A stretch of DNA of 64,000 nt from the human T2T-CHM13v2.0 reference genome, Homo sapiens (GCF_009914755.1 NC_060931.1); one strand, 5' to 3'. Counted from the stretch's first letter, positions 41,376 through 57,239 are shown. The notes: generated from the letters alone by a model not told the origin. A program made the numbers and translations.

Positions 41376-43102
41376 TATATTCCACAAATAGAAATGGAAG
41401 ACTTGAAACCAAATGCTGACTTGAGGAAACACTTCAGGGCAAAGGATTTTCATTTGAAGTATAATCTGTCAAAAACAGGTTTGTATTTGGAACTTTGATC
41501 AGTTTTGAGAGGGATGATGGTGGTGAAATGGTAATGTGTATGTGAAGCGGGAGGGGAAATGACTAAGTTTGGGGAGAGGGAACAAGGAGGAAGCCAGCCA
41601 CAGAAATACACTGGGAAGAGTTCCCGCTTTCATCGGAGGCCCCTTAGGATGGACAGGGATGAAGAGAAGCTCAGATTCCCAGGGCGCAAAGTCAAATTCT
41701 GAATTTTTATGGATGTTCTTTCCCGTGTTATGAGCTCTAATGATGCAGTAATAGCTTTACTTAAAGGAGCTCTGTCCCTGGGAAGTCATTAACCAACATG
41801 CCAGAAAATGTTCCAATGAACCCACAGGTAAGATAGACTCTAAATATCTTATATTCCACTGTGGGAGAAGCAAGCCCCTCTCCTAAGTTAGGATCAAGTT
41901 TCTTACCCTTCCTATTGTCAGTTCTAGCCAGTTTGGATCTTTCCTAGAAAACAGATTGATTAATCCATAAGTACATATCAGTATATATACACACAGATCA
42001 CACACACCCCATTATGTTTTAGTTAAAAGATGTATGGTTTCTCAAATTATCTTGTAGGAGCCCAGCAATATTAAAAAATAAAATGTGCTCCTTCACTTCA
42101 TATGCCAGAAATAAAAAATCTCATCTACAGAAATTGTGTTTCAACAGCTTGTTTATGATATATAACCAAAGTGATGGTAAAACCAGAGAGCTGACCCAAT
42201 AGGAATAAACTGCTTGTTGCAGTAAATAAGTATCTGTATTCTTGGTTTTCCCATATGGCTCTTAACTCCAGCAAACATTTGTGCAGAAGAGGAAAGCATA
42301 ACCCACATCAAAGGAGAGTTAATTTTATCCTGTGCTGAAGACACAGAGGTTGAGAAAGAAAAATCTTTTAAGGATTGTGCCCAAATTATAATGGTTCATT
42401 TGCATCTGTTCCACCATCACCAAGGTGATTGCTCTTTATAACAAAACATAAACAAGAAAACCCTTAGAAGGGAGCCAGAGACTGTGGGCAATGGTGGGGT
42501 TCGGGTGGGGCCGGAGGTGGGGTGGGGAAAGAGACTTTGTCAGCTGTCCCATACCTCACCAGTGGCCTCAGGGCATCCAGCTTCAGGCTGGGTGTTTCCG
42601 AAAGCCATGAATAAGAGTTCCTACATTGCTTTCCTACTCTCATTACAGGGCATGAACCCAGGGCCTAACGACTGCGTCTTGGATTAGAGTGGTCAGGAAG
42701 ATAATAGAAGCATTATTGCTATTGATACTACTCATAATGGCAATAGCTAACACTGACTGAGGTACTTACTAGATGCCAGGCACTCTTTGAAGGCCCTGAA
42801 ATGTATTAACTCATGTTAATACATGTAAACTGACACATTTTACAGATGAGGAAACAGAGACACAGAGGTTAAGGAACTTGTTCAAGGCCACACAGCTGGT
42901 AGCTAAGGGGCATTGAATGGCTTTCGGAATTGGGTAATGTTCTACAAACTCAGCTGAAACACTGACGCTGAATGTCTTTACTGTCTGCTAGTCTGATTGA
43001 GAAATGAGGGCTCATGTCTTCTTCTGGGGCAGTATAACAGAAACTTCCATCTAAAGTGATTGTCAGAAGCAGGTCCATCGTTATTCCTAATGGAGACTCT
43101 CA

Positions 43103-43561
<459 letters not shown>

Positions 43562-44392
43562 CTACTTAAAAAAATATCTTCACAGTGACATTCCTTGAAG
43601 CTGGATTGAATTGAAAATATATTAGATACTGGAGACACTGAGTCACTTTGAGACATAAATACTTTTACTGCTCAAATGACTAGAATTATTCTGTAAAAAT
43701 ATCCATGAATTTAGTGCCATTTGTTATAAAACTCTTTCCTGTTGCAACCTACAGTTGTCTGGGGTTAGACAATACTGGTGTGGTTTTATTGAAATCTATT
43801 TTCTTTTAATTTAGAATATTATGGGAAAATACTAAAATGATTAAGGTAGATCAAAGGACAGTAATGTGAAGTCATTTGGCATTCAAAAGAAAAACCTTTT
43901 AAGAATTGTGTTCAAACTATAAAGGTTCATTTGCATCTGTTCAGCCATCACTAAGGTGATTGCTTTTTGTAACAAAATATAAACAAAAGTACCTTGAAAA
44001 TTGCAGAACAAATGGTTTTACTTTGCATCTGCTCTTTCTGAAGCATTGTTTCCAAGTATGGAGCCATCGTTAATGGCCTTCAAACATGTATTTGTTTCAC
44101 TTATATTACCAGAGATGTAAACTAGATGTTATGAACATTAATAACTTTTACAATGGTGATGGTATTTGCTTATTGAAGCTTCACATTTATATTCATTTTA
44201 AAAGCATAATCAAAGGTGCAGCAATGAATCTGTGGCAAGTTTTAGCTACCTCTATGGCCAAAAGGGCAAATCTCATGGATAGGTGGGGCTGTTAACAATG
44301 GAGCAGCTATCTACTGAGAGCCTTCTATGTACTAGGAACTCTGCTGCGTGGATCACATATGTATATTATCTTTTAATCCTCGTAACAGTTCA

Positions 44393-44719
<327 letters not shown>

Positions 44720-45276
44720 CTATTATCCCCATTTCAAAGATCAGGAAACTGAGAGGTAGATAAATTAAGCAATTTGCCAGGACCACTAAGCTAGTAAGTG
44801 AGAATCAGGATAACTGACTGAGTAACTCTAGAGTGCAAGCCCAAAACACTACTCTGTTATATTAATAACCTTATTAATATAACCTTATTAATATTCCAAC
44901 CTTTTCCACATTGGGACACATACAGAAAAGGATGATACCTGGACAGTGCACTGTAGTAAACATGAAAATGATCAAGGTCTGAAGATACCAAACCCTTTCT
45001 GAACACTCTGAGGGCTAAGGGGAGGCAACATCTTGGTATAACTCACGAGAGGTGTGAGCACAGGTTAGGAAACTCAGGTCTATTTTCCAAGATTTTAAAA
45101 AATCCCGGACTGGTTTGGGAATGTGGGGATGCCTAAGGATGAGTTTGAATGAGTAAAATCTGCATTAGAGAATCTATGAGAAATGTGCTGGTTCATTTAT
45201 TTCAAGCATGTGTTAAGTGTTTGAATGATGCTTGGAGACCTTCTTCCCCTCAAATATTTAAAGACAAGTTTTGAGG

Positions 45277-45548
45277 CAGTGGTTTTCAGACCTGTTTAGA
45301 AAGCAACACATCCTCCTGCTCAAATACGATTTTAAATGAAAGCCCAATATGTAAAACAGATAAAAATGGATCTGCTTTTGTTAGTCAAGTAGGACCCAAA
45401 GCCTGCTGCCACCCACCCTGACTCCCAACCGCAGAGGCCCTTTAGGCCATTTCTTGGGATGCTCCAGGCTCTAACAGAACAGTCTGCAAACGACTGCGTG
45501 TTGAAAACTACTGCGTGTTGAAAACCATTGCGTGTTGAAAACCACTGC
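45277..45548. mobile_element. hAT/Charlie-type MITE with tandemly amplified right terminus
   Basis: Left TIR cagtggttttca; right end tgaaaaccactg within three 17-bp repeats. Confidence 0.6.
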
Positions 45549-46100
45549 ATGAAGAAGTGGTGTCTCTCAAAGTCCCCATTGAAGTGCAGAAATCTCTACT
45601 CTGGTGGTAGAAAGGCAAGGAAGTCAGAGATTTGCTCACTAGCCTGTGTTTTTAAGTATTGGCAGCTGAGAGTTAAGACTCCAAAGAAGGGAGATAAAGC
45701 ACAGGGAAGTTTTGCTGAAGTAAGGGGGTTGGAAGCATCTGTCACACAGCAGGGAAGGACAGCCTTTACCTTTCCGTAATTTTTTCTAGGGCACTCAGTC
45801 ACTTGGAGCCTCAGCTGACTGTTCACAGTCCTGCTGAGTCAAGATTTGTCCTACTTGTCTTTAGGAAGCAAGTCAGCAACTTGTGGTAGAGAGTGGCTAC
45901 TGGGAGACCTGGTTTCCACCTCTAATTCTGCCCCTTGGTGTGAACTTGGGAAGTCATGTAACATTTTCAGCCTCAATTTCTCACCTGTAAAATGGAACAA
46001 TACCTGCCATACTTCCTTCTCAGAGTTGTAAAGAGCAAATGAAATAATCTATATGGATGTTATATGCACATTAGCCATTAAATTAATAGTTTGAATCCAG

Positions 46101-46393
46101 TTATTTTTATTTTTATTTTTTGAGATGGAGTCTCGCTCTGTCACCAGGCTGGAGTGCAATGGTGCGATCTCAGCTCACTGTAACCTCCGGGTTCAAGCGA
46201 TTCTCCTGCCTCAGCCTCCAGAATAGCTGGGATTACAGGCACACGCCACCAAGCCCAGCTAATTTTTGTATTTTTAGTAGAGACGGGGTTTCACCATGTT
46301 GGCCAGGATGGTCTTGATCTCTTGACCTTATGATCCACCCACCTTGGCCTCCCAAAATGCTGGGATTACAGGCATGAGCCACTGCACCCGGCC
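46101..46393 (-). mobile_element. AluSc-type
   Basis: TSD tgaatcca(g/a)ttat. Confidence 0.9.
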
Positions 46394-46419
46394 TGAATCC
46401 AATTATCGAATGGACAGTT

Positions 46420-47215
46420 TACCAAGATGATATGCGGATGGACAAATAAGCACATAAAAGAGCATCTTTTATGTTCAACATCAGTAGTAGAAAAATAAAA
46501 ATGAAAACTACAATGAGATACCACTGCATACCTATGTGGCTATAATTAAACAACAGTGACACAACTGAAAATAACTGGCAAGAACGTGGAGCAATTAAGA
46601 CTCTCACACAATGTTGTCCGGAATAAATGGTAGAACAGCCACTTTAGGAAACAGTTTGGCCGATCCTTAAACATTTAGTTAACATCTGACTCAGGAGTCT
46701 CACTCTGAGGTATCTACCTGAGTGAAATAAAAACTGTGTTCACACAAAAACCTGTATGCGGATTTCTATGGTGACTTTATTCATAATCACCAAAAACTGG
46801 GAACCACCAAAATGTCCATCAACTGGTGAATGGATAAGCACTCTGTGGTACAATGGGATAGTTCTCAGCTATGAGATGGAACAAGCGACTTATACACTCA
46901 ACGTGAGTGAATTTCAGCTGAGGTATGCTTAGTGAAAGAAGCCAGATTCAAAAGTGACATACTGTGTGATTCCATCTGTATGACATTCTCAAATAGGCAA
47001 AACTAAAGGGAGAGAAAACTGATTAGTGGTTTCCAGGGCTGGGTGTAGGAGGAGGCTTGACTACAATGGGGGATAAGAGAATTTTAGGAGGTTATGAAAC
47101 TGTTCTATATCTTAATTATGGTAGTGATGATATAACTATGTATTTTTGAAACTCATAGAATTTACACTAAAAAGGGTAAATTTTAATGTATGTAAATAAT
47201 ACTCAATTTTTAAAA
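46420..47215 (+). mobile_element. L1M (L1MB/MC-like) 3' end
   Basis: aataagcacataaaaga...caatgagataccact...agtgaaagaagccagattcaaaag. Confidence 0.8.
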
Positions 47216-48041
47216 TGGAAAAGCTTAATAGTGCTGATAAAGTATTTTTAAACCTGGGTGAAGAAACATTTTTAAGTTGATTACACCTTTTGGAAAGAAT
47301 ATTTCCACCACTACTTTGCTTTATAGCTTCAAGCCTCTGTGTCCCTCACCATTGGCTCAAGATGAGCCTTAGCCCAATGAGATGGATAATGAATTCTGAG
47401 TTCGTAGAGTTAGAAGAATCTGAATTAAAGAGGTTTTACTTTAATCTTTAGAAGGCATCTTTAATCTCAAAGCTTTTCTAGAATCGTGTTCTTCTTCTTC
47501 ACAGAAATACAGCCCTGTCTGAAGTGGCAGAGAGCTGAGAAAAGGGATGAGAATAATTAATCAAAAAGTACTTATGTCACGGGAGAGATGATGGAAACCG
47601 ATAATAGCCACATCTTGCCAAAGATGGAAGAAGTGGAAATGAATTACTCAGAGGATATTCTTGGGCTCCAGCTAAATCTATACCTTCTGGGGTATTCATG
47701 ATCTTCCTCCTGATCTCTTCGTCTCCTCTGTAAACCGTTTATGTGCAGGGCTTGGGCATAAGATTAGTTCACTTCTAGACTAAGGCCTCATAAGTGATGT
47801 GCAACTATATCCCCAACAGTGTGTCCCCAGGGGACAAAGCCCCCCCACTTTTTTTTTTTTTTTTTTTTTTACAATTCCGGCTGTTTAAAAAGAAAATGAA
47901 TTAGTGAAAATAGAGCCCCTGTGCCTGGAGCTGTCCAATTGTGTTATTGTATTTCAGCAAGGATATCCTTGCTACATTTTTTTCTGTACTCAGCTTTATC
48001 TTTCAAAACCCTTTCTTCTCATTCATATCTTTCTACATTAG

Positions 48042-48353
<312 letters not shown>

Positions 48354-48354
48354 A

Positions 48355-49110
48355 ACAACTATTTATTCAGCATCTACTTTTTGTGTTGTACAGGTCTATG
48401 CACTGAAAATATGCCTGTGAAGAAAGCAATATTTCTGTCTCCATGGACCTTACTATCAAACTGGAAGAGACCAAAGATTAATATACAAATAGGTGATAAT
48501 AGAAAGTCTGATATGGATTGGTGCAATGAAGAAAAATAAGGTAAGTTAAGGAGATAGAAAGTGGTGGGTGTTGTTTTAGATAAGCTCATCAGGGAAGGTG
48601 ATATTAAGCAGGGATTTGAATGCAGAGGAGGAGAAAGTCATTTGGATACTTGGGCTAAGAACAGACTAGGCAAATGTAACAGACAGTGCAAAGATCCTGA
48701 TGAGAGAGGGCTTGACATGTTCAAGGAATGACAAGAGGACTGGGAGGTAGAAGGAAGTGTGAGATCATATAGGGCTTCAAGAGAGAGTCTGGATTTTATT
48801 CCAAGTGTGATGGAAGCCACTGGATGGTTTCAAGCAGAGAAATGGTATTTTAAAAGGCCAAACACGGCTGCTGTGTGCAAAATAGATTGCAGGTGGAATC
48901 AAGAACAGCAGTCTGGAGGCCATTGTGGTAGCTCGGGCAAGACATGATGGTAGCTTGGATGTGGGTGATCGTGATGGAGGTAGTGAGAAGGGGTTGGATT
49001 CAGGATATCTTTTTGAAGATAGACTAGAGTGGACCTGCTGATGGATTGAATGTGGGGTGTGAGGAAAGACAGCAGTCAAGGAGGACCCGGAGTTTTGTAT
49101 TTGTTCACTA
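48355..49110 (-). mobile_element. L2
   Basis: caactatttattcagcatctact...ggttggattcaggatatctttttgaag...gacctgctgatggattgaatgtggg. Confidence 0.75.
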
Positions 49111-49116
49111 GAAAAC

Positions 49117-49334
<218 letters not shown>

Positions 49335-50326
49335 CTACTAATTTTTATACAGGCTTGTGCAAGGCACTGGAGAAGTAAAGAAGAACAAGACACAGTTAGT
49401 GCCTTCAGGGAACTCATGGTACTATTTCAAATTTCTAGACTTCTAGAGGGAAGTACAGAGTGCTGTGGAGTGGGTGGGAAGAGAACAGATTGTTCTGTAT
49501 ATGGGCCTTAGGGAAAGTGTGAGTTTGAGTTTGAAGGGAGAATAAGAGTCTGCTAGATGCAGAGAGTAGGGAAGAGTATCCCAGAAAGTGGGGTCAACAA
49601 GGGCCGAGCTCAGTGGGCTGCTGTGGGAAGGGGGAGGGGTGCATGGGATGGTGGTGGAAGAGGTGGAAGCTCAGAAGGCAATTTGTGGAGAACCCTGTGT
49701 GCCAACCAAGGAGTGGGACCCTCACCCTGTAGACAATGGGCTGCCAGTGAGATTTTTTAAGCAGGAGAGTGATGCTCAATCCCTCCGTCTTACCTAAACA
49801 GATGAGTCAACCCAGAATACCAACAAATAAACTACATGTGGATTACAACTTATTGTGGTGTTTTAGGTTCTTTTATCAGCAAATTTCTATATTATTTGTA
49901 TTGACAAGTAGAAGCACGCTCACTCTTAGGGTGAAGAAATTCTACTAATTTTGTGGCTAATGAATATCGAACATCTACTTTGTGCCAGGTGCTGTGTTTT
50001 AAGTTTAATTTGTTATGACAAAGTGACATGCCCTTAAGGAGCTTGTTATAGGAGGTAGACATAGAACAAGTGACTTCAAATGTGATGATTAGAAAGTTGG
50101 GGGGAAAAAAGACGAAAGGTGCTACAGAAGCATTTAATGGAGGAGGTACTCTCATTTAGGGGTTCAGGGAGGCCTCCCTGAGGAAATGGTCATTAGGTGA
50201 AAACTAGCTGATCATAATTTTATTATAAGCAGCAGAATCATTCCCTATTTCTTTAATAACCAGCCATTCTTTCAAGTGGTCCCTTCCCTTCTACTTTGAA
50301 GCACTTCCAGCTCTTGCCTACCTTGA

Positions 50327-50686
<360 letters not shown>

Positions 50687-51099
50687 TAAGCTTTTCATTA
50701 TTTTCTAGAATCAGCCATATAATTCTGACTTTCCTACAGTCTTACATCCACTCATTCATTCACCTGTTCAAGTTCTGTGCCTCCTGCGTGGTATTTGGGG
50801 GGACTCCACATGGATTCTGTAGTTGAAACACAGGATGTGAGGTGTGGCGTGAAGCAGGGGAAGCCATGATGCGCTTCTGCATTTGCGGGACATACACAGG
50901 ACTAAGGCGTCCACTGTGCAGGTGCTGGAGACACACTGGAGGGTTTGAAGCCTGGGCATCAGAGGTGTGTGTTAGATCCCTGGCATGGGTGCTGATGCGG
51001 CCTTGAGATGAGATGAGGAGCCACGGTGGCCGGCAGGGCTGCTGTGCAGGTGAGAGATGGGACGGGGCGGGACAAAGCAGAGCGGGAGGGATCAGCTTT

Positions 51100-51232
51100 G
51101 GAAGGTAGCGGAGGCGAGAAATAGGACTGAGATGTGTGGAGGTGGCGGAGGAGAGAAACAGCAGGACTGAGGAGGTGCGTGGAGGTAGCGGAGGGGAGAA
51201 ACAGCAGGACTGAGGAGATGCGTGGAGGTAGG
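51100..51232. repeat. ~40-bp GA-rich minisatellite, ~3 copies
   Basis: ggaggt(a/g)gcggagg-gagaaa(cagc)aggactgag repeated. Confidence 0.85.
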
Positions 51233-52497
51233 AGTGAGTGAACGAGGGGTCCCAAGAGAGCCTCAGGGCTCCAGCTTGTGTGATGGTGGATGGTGATGCC
51301 ATAGCGGAGATTGGGAACAGATTGAACAAGCAGGTTTGGACCTGCCCAGTGTGGGGATTCTGAAATCTCCTTTAACCTCTTCCTTTCCCTTAATCTCTCT
51401 ATATAATCAGTCAATAAGTTCCCTCAGTGTTTTTTCAGAACGTCTCTCGGGTTCATTCCCACTCTCCCGAGGTTGACTTCAGCCCTTGTTTCCTTAAAGT
51501 GAGATGTTACAGCATCATCCTATCAGGCCATCTGGCCACTGGCTTCCACTCTTCAGCCCAGCCTGTATTCTGCTTCCTAAAATACACCCTCTTATTTGAC
51601 ATCTAATCATGGCCTGAATGTTTTTTTTTTTTTTACTTTATTGTAGTAAACCCTTAGTCTATCCCTTACTTCTTCATGTGTTTACTCTCCTTTTTATGTC
51701 TTTCTTTCACAATTAAATGATTTATTCCTTGAAGACAGAAACTGTATTCTAAAGCTTCGTTGTTAGTAGTGCCTTCCAAAAAGTTTTGCCCAACAGTAAA
51801 TTTGTGTTAAATTTAATTTTACTTTAAAAACAATAAGAATACAATGTGGTGAATATTATTTTAAAGTCTCACATTTCAAAGCATTTTTCATCAGGTATTG
51901 GCAAATGCACGTTTGTGTGTGTGTGTCTGCGTGTGTGTGTGTATTTTTTAAGGCATATTATCCAAATTTTTGCCAGTAGCAACCTGAGGTGGATTACCTA
52001 TTGAATGAATTCCACTTCAGTAGCTGACTTTGTTATGTCAGCATCGACAAATGCCAGGGATAGGAAAGAATTGAAATCTAGAGTGAGGCAGTGTAGATAT
52101 AGATCTTAGCTTCACTACTGAACAGCTGTGTGGCTTTGTGCAAATTACTTAACTTCTCCAATCATAAGTGATATAATATCTATCCCAAAGACTGTTAAAA
52201 AATTAAAATTATGCAAACTTTCATAAAAATTAAATGAGCATCTAACATGGTTTTTGGCATATAGTAAGCACTTGTAAATAATAATAATAATGGTAAAAAA
52301 ACCAGCTAACATTCACTAGGCGCTTTCTCTTCATACTCAATGCTGTGCATGCGTTCTGTCATTTAAGTTTCATAACAAACCTAAGAAGTAGATACTGCTG
52401 CTGTTTTTATTACACAGATGAAGAAACAGAGGTTCATAGAAGTTAAGTGGCTCATCCAGAGATTGTCCAGTTTTATCCCCTTTAGATAACTTTTTAG

Positions 52498-52788
<291 letters not shown>

Positions 52789-54374
52789 TAGGTAACTTTT
52801 ATCTTAAGCTCCTGTAAGGAGAGAAAAGGAGAGGTGTAGGTGTATCACTTCTTTCCCATATATCCTGCAGAAGATGCTATGAGTAGAGCAATAGCCCTAG
52901 AGAAGGATGAACAGAGAACCTGGTAGATCTGCCACCTGGATAACCCCCCTGTGCAAGAACCAGTGCCCCCAAGGCATCCAGGTAAAAGGAGCTCTCCTAA
53001 AGGCAAGCAGGGGCTGATTAACATGAGCGTTGGGCAGACAGTGGCTCTGGGTGTACCTAGCGCAATTGGGGTCACAGGCCCCTCTTTGAACTTAGGGTGG
53101 GGGTGGAGTGGTGGAGGGCCTATGATGTCCTTAGCTCCAGCTGCAAGCTCCTGGTTACTGCAGGCTTCTTTCTCCATAAGGCAGCTGAGGATGCAGAAAA
53201 CCTTTCCTTTCTACTCCTGTGTTGTGAAAGACCCCTGCATCTTTCCTGCTGTGATAATAAAGAACAAAAGATGAGACTATTTGGAACCATCTGAGCCCTC
53301 ATCGGTGTTGATAAAGCCTGCCTATGAATTTTTATTTCTGCGAACAGTCCCAGAATTCCTTCCTAAAAACAAACTGATTGGTGTCAATTTGTGTAGCATT
53401 TAGGGCTCATATATAATGGCCGATTTCAAGCAGGCTTAATTTCATTTTAGCGCAAGATAAGTTTTTTCATTGGAGCCACTTTGTCAGAAATAAAATTGAG
53501 CTGGAAAGAAAAACAAGAAGCAATTTGACTACCCTTACAGATGGTGGTTTATCAAGCCTTGAATTTTTATAGGTGTGTGATGCAAATGTGGAAAAACCCT
53601 CCTGTGCCAGCAACCCCTGCAGAGAGTGTCAGTGCAGCACCCCAGGGAGGGGGAGCCAAAGGATGGCTGAAAAAAGATCTCAGAGCTGAGGGGAGAGGAT
53701 TTATGTTGGTGGACCTGCTGTAGAATGGTCCCCATTTCTTTCGTTCAGTACCTTTGCTGAAGCAGTAGGAACTAGTTCCTGGGCTGTGTGCACGTCTGGA
53801 GTCTAAAAACTCAGCGCTTTGTCTCTTCACAGGAGTAGACATGTCAGGATTAGATCTTTGGCCATCAGCGTCACCTACTCAGAGAGGCCTCTCTTCCCAC
53901 CTTGTCCCAAGTGGTTATTTTCTTAGTTCCTTCTTCGTTTCTTTTACAACATTTACTATAATTTGTGTTCGCTCTTTTTTTGTAAGTGTGTCTCCCTTTA
54001 CTAGACTATAAATTCTGTTAGAAAGGGACTGGGATCTGTCTTGTTCACTGTTGCAATTTCAGCTCCTAACACAGTGCTGGGCACATGTTAAGTGTTCAGT
54101 AAATATTAATTGAATGAAGAATGAAATCAGAGATCACTCATTCCCCTTTCTTGAAAGTGGAGCCACCTTAATTTTTCAGATGAATATGGCGTATGTGTAT
54201 ATTTCACATATATGTAACTAGATCAGGATCTGCACCTGTAATGTATTCATATGAAACACCAACTTGATGTTAAACTCTTTAATTTTATTGTAGTATTGTA
54301 TTGTTAAATGCAAAAAATTTAAGGCTATCACATGCTTTGTAAAATTTGCAGGAAAAAATTTGTATGAATTTCTA

Positions 54375-54525
54375 TATCCTTGCCACTCAAAGTGTCCTCT
54401 GTGGACCACATCACCTGAGAACTTGCTAGAAATGCAGACTCCCCACCTAGACCCACTGAATCTGAATCTGCATTTTAACAAGCTCCCCAGGGATTCACAT
54501 GCGGGTTGAAGTTCAAGATGGCTCT
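54375..54525 (+). mobile_element. MER5A
   Basis: catcacctgagaacttgctagaaatgcaga...tgaatctgcattttaacaagctccccagg. Confidence 0.75.
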
Positions 54526-56019
54526 AAAGTCACAATTTAGCCTGTGAGTTCACTTTGTAAACTGTGGGAGGCAGGTGAACTGAAGTTGAGGAAAGAAAGA
54601 AGAGCTTCAACCAGGACACTGAAGTGAATGATAGTTGCAGGAAGAATGAGAAATTCTACGCTTCACAGGCCAGTTTTTGTTTTCAAACCCTCACAGTGCC
54701 TGTTGGTTTAGTTAAGTTTGTGGGCGTTTTCACTGAGCCAAACTCACGTCACGTTACCGGCATAGCCAGGACAGGACAACAACACCTGGACTGCCATAAC
54801 TATGATTCCAGAGAGGGTATCTAAATAATACGTTAATAGTGTTTTTAAGTTTTCACAAGTGATTCTAATGGGTGTCTAATATTCACTTAGAGGATTTTTT
54901 TTTTAAGTTAGTAAGTTAGTTGCTGTTGTTATAAAGAACATCTTAGAGCCTGTTTATCCAGGTAACACATTCCTGAGATTTGCAGCTGGTTCAGACACTG
55001 CAGCCAAGTACCTGGCCCTTCCTCTCTCTCTTTGACTGGCAATAAGCTGAGGGAAGAATTGAAATTATACAGGCTCTTCTTTGAAAAACTGGGTTAAAAA
55101 AATCTCAATTCTCTAAATTGTAGATGTGATCTCTCACACCTGAATTAATCAATTAAATAAGCATTTATTCAGTGCCTAAAGGTGCCAGTGTGGGGCTGGT
55201 TCTGGGGACCAAAGACTAAGAATACCAGATTCCTGCCTTCAAGAGAGAGTCTGTGACTTTGGTTTATTAATGACAAATCTCTTCCCCGCCTGGTGGAAAA
55301 CCTGGAATTCTCTGTCTTTAATCAATTTACTTTGTGCTCTAGGTCAATAGGAGTACCCATCACAATGAAAAGTCTCGTTCTTTATCATTTGGAAAATTAG
55401 ACCTTCTTTCCAAGATGTCCTTAGTCACTGATCCTCATCAGTGTGGATGATCTTTCCTTTACTCTGAGCAGGTTGTTTTTATTCTGTGGGCCTTCAGAGC
55501 AGAAAGAAAAACCATTTTAGAGGCGGTTCTGTTGAATGTGCCTGGCACATTGGTGCTAAACAGGGAATAAATCATAATAAATGGAAATAGTCGCCCATGG
55601 CATGATCTGATTGAGTCGTTTAAACAATCATTTTGTGTTGACAAAGGGTAGAGTGATTATGCTAGAGGAATTCAAAGGTGCTCGAAACAAAGCAATTGGA
55701 GAAATTGCTTGAAAAATGTGGGGAGTTATTCCAGGGCAATAGACTTGCTTCATTCTGGCTCAGTCTTGAAGTCTATAGACCCAGGCGGATCTCTGCAGTT
55801 TTGCGAGATGAACCTCCTAGCAACCTGCTAATACCATTCATTCTACAGCTTGGGAGGTTAATCCTCACAGTAATGTGTGGGTAGAGTCACTTAGAGGGCA
55901 GCTCCTAGCATACGTGCAACTGTGCTCATACAGATGTCTGTTTGACTTGAACAAGGAAGACATTATTAGTAATAATCGTGCAAATAGGCTGCTATTGCCA
56001 GAGCATTCCTGAGACAGCT

Positions 56020-56600
56020 CGTTGTGCTCTTGAGGCGCCCCTCTGGGGCTTGTGGGTGGGGACTATTTTTGTATGTCTTTTCCAAAGGGAAATGCCAGGA
56101 GGGTAAGCGACTTCCTTTGGATCACCTTGCAGGCGGGCCGGAGTGAGAGCTGAATTCTAGTCTTCCCCACCCTCTGTCCAAGCAGAGCGAGGATGAGGGG
56201 AGGCACAGGCGGGAAGGAGGACGGGCGCCCCCTGGCGACCCCTGGTCGTGCCGCAGCCTCACGTTCCCGCGGGTTCCCTTCTCGCCGCGTTCTCTACCCT
56301 GCCCGGCTCAGCCCAGGGTCAGGAAGGGGGCGCCCGATTCCACCCCTTTCTCAACCTTCCCTGGGTGGGTAAGGTCACCCCACACGGGTTCAGGTGGTGG
56401 TCCCTCGACTGGGAATGAGGGGATCCTGAGGATCCCGCAGGTAGACGTGGAGCAGCGGGGCTCAGCTCTGGAAGCGCGGGATGACTTCTGGGAACCGCAC
56501 CCGGGGCAGGTCACCTCGCCTTGGAGACAGCCCTGAGTCAGGTCAGGTGGCAATCGGGATGACGTTACACCTCCCACGGAGACGTCTAAACCCTCGTGAA
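56020..56600. promoter_or_regulatory. intronic CpG-rich element with CTCF-type motif(s) and AP-1 site
   Basis: Local CpG cluster; minus-strand TCGCCAGGGGGCGC at 56225-56238; TGAGTCA at ~56534-56540. Confidence 0.6.
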
Positions 56601-57239
56601 GTCTGCCTACACATTTACATCATTCTCTATTCATTACGGCTCAACTCAGGAATGATTGTTGACTGGCACGGAAATAAATGACAACCATTAAGGGGCTAAC
56701 TGGAGCTGTTAATCGTTTGAGAGGCCTTTCGGTAAGTCATCCTTCCAAGGCGGCTAGATCATTCTGGAGTAGCCTCAAAGGTGCCTGCTGCTGTCCAGAG
56801 AAATCTCACTGCCCGATTGTGCATCCTTTGACCCTCCACCAGCACTTTGTTGAATGCTCGTGGCGTGTTGATGGGGAAAGATTGAAACTAACTCAGGCTC
56901 CTTTAGTACCAAAGACCACATCTGATTCTTCTCACCTGAAGTCTGTGTGCTTTAATGTGAGTCTCTGTGGAAAGAAACAAATCCACCACTCATTCCAGCT
57001 ACCTGAGACTGCAGTATGCGATGGAAGGCTCCTTCAGCCTCAGACACTGCACAAGAAGCCTCTGGAGGCTCCTTGGGTTGGGATACTTAGACAGCCAAAC
57101 ACAAACACACAGAAAGGATTCTTTCAAAATAGAGATACGAGTTTGGTTGAATGAAAGACATAGTAGGAAATTCTTGAGGTTAGGAGCTTTGCAACCTCTA
57201 GTCAGCTTGCTGCAAAGCTGCTCACTCAGGCTCCTATCA

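Noticed and set aside
45493-45548. CRISPR-like appearance of short repeats
   Set aside because: Direct tandem repeats without unique spacers, in a mammalian genome.
47490-47702. Plus-strand acceptor-like ttcttcttcttcacag followed by a 37-codon ORF (MMETDNSHILPK...)
   Set aside because: No clear donor or homology; expected by chance.
50760-51414. 189-aa and 151-aa minus-strand ORFs
   Set aside because: They arise from GC-rich L2-like/minisatellite sequence, with no protein similarity recognised.
56678-57154. 158-aa ATG ORF beside the CpG-rich element
   Set aside because: No recognisable domain, antisense to the MAGI2 intron, and no supporting evidence from sequence alone.
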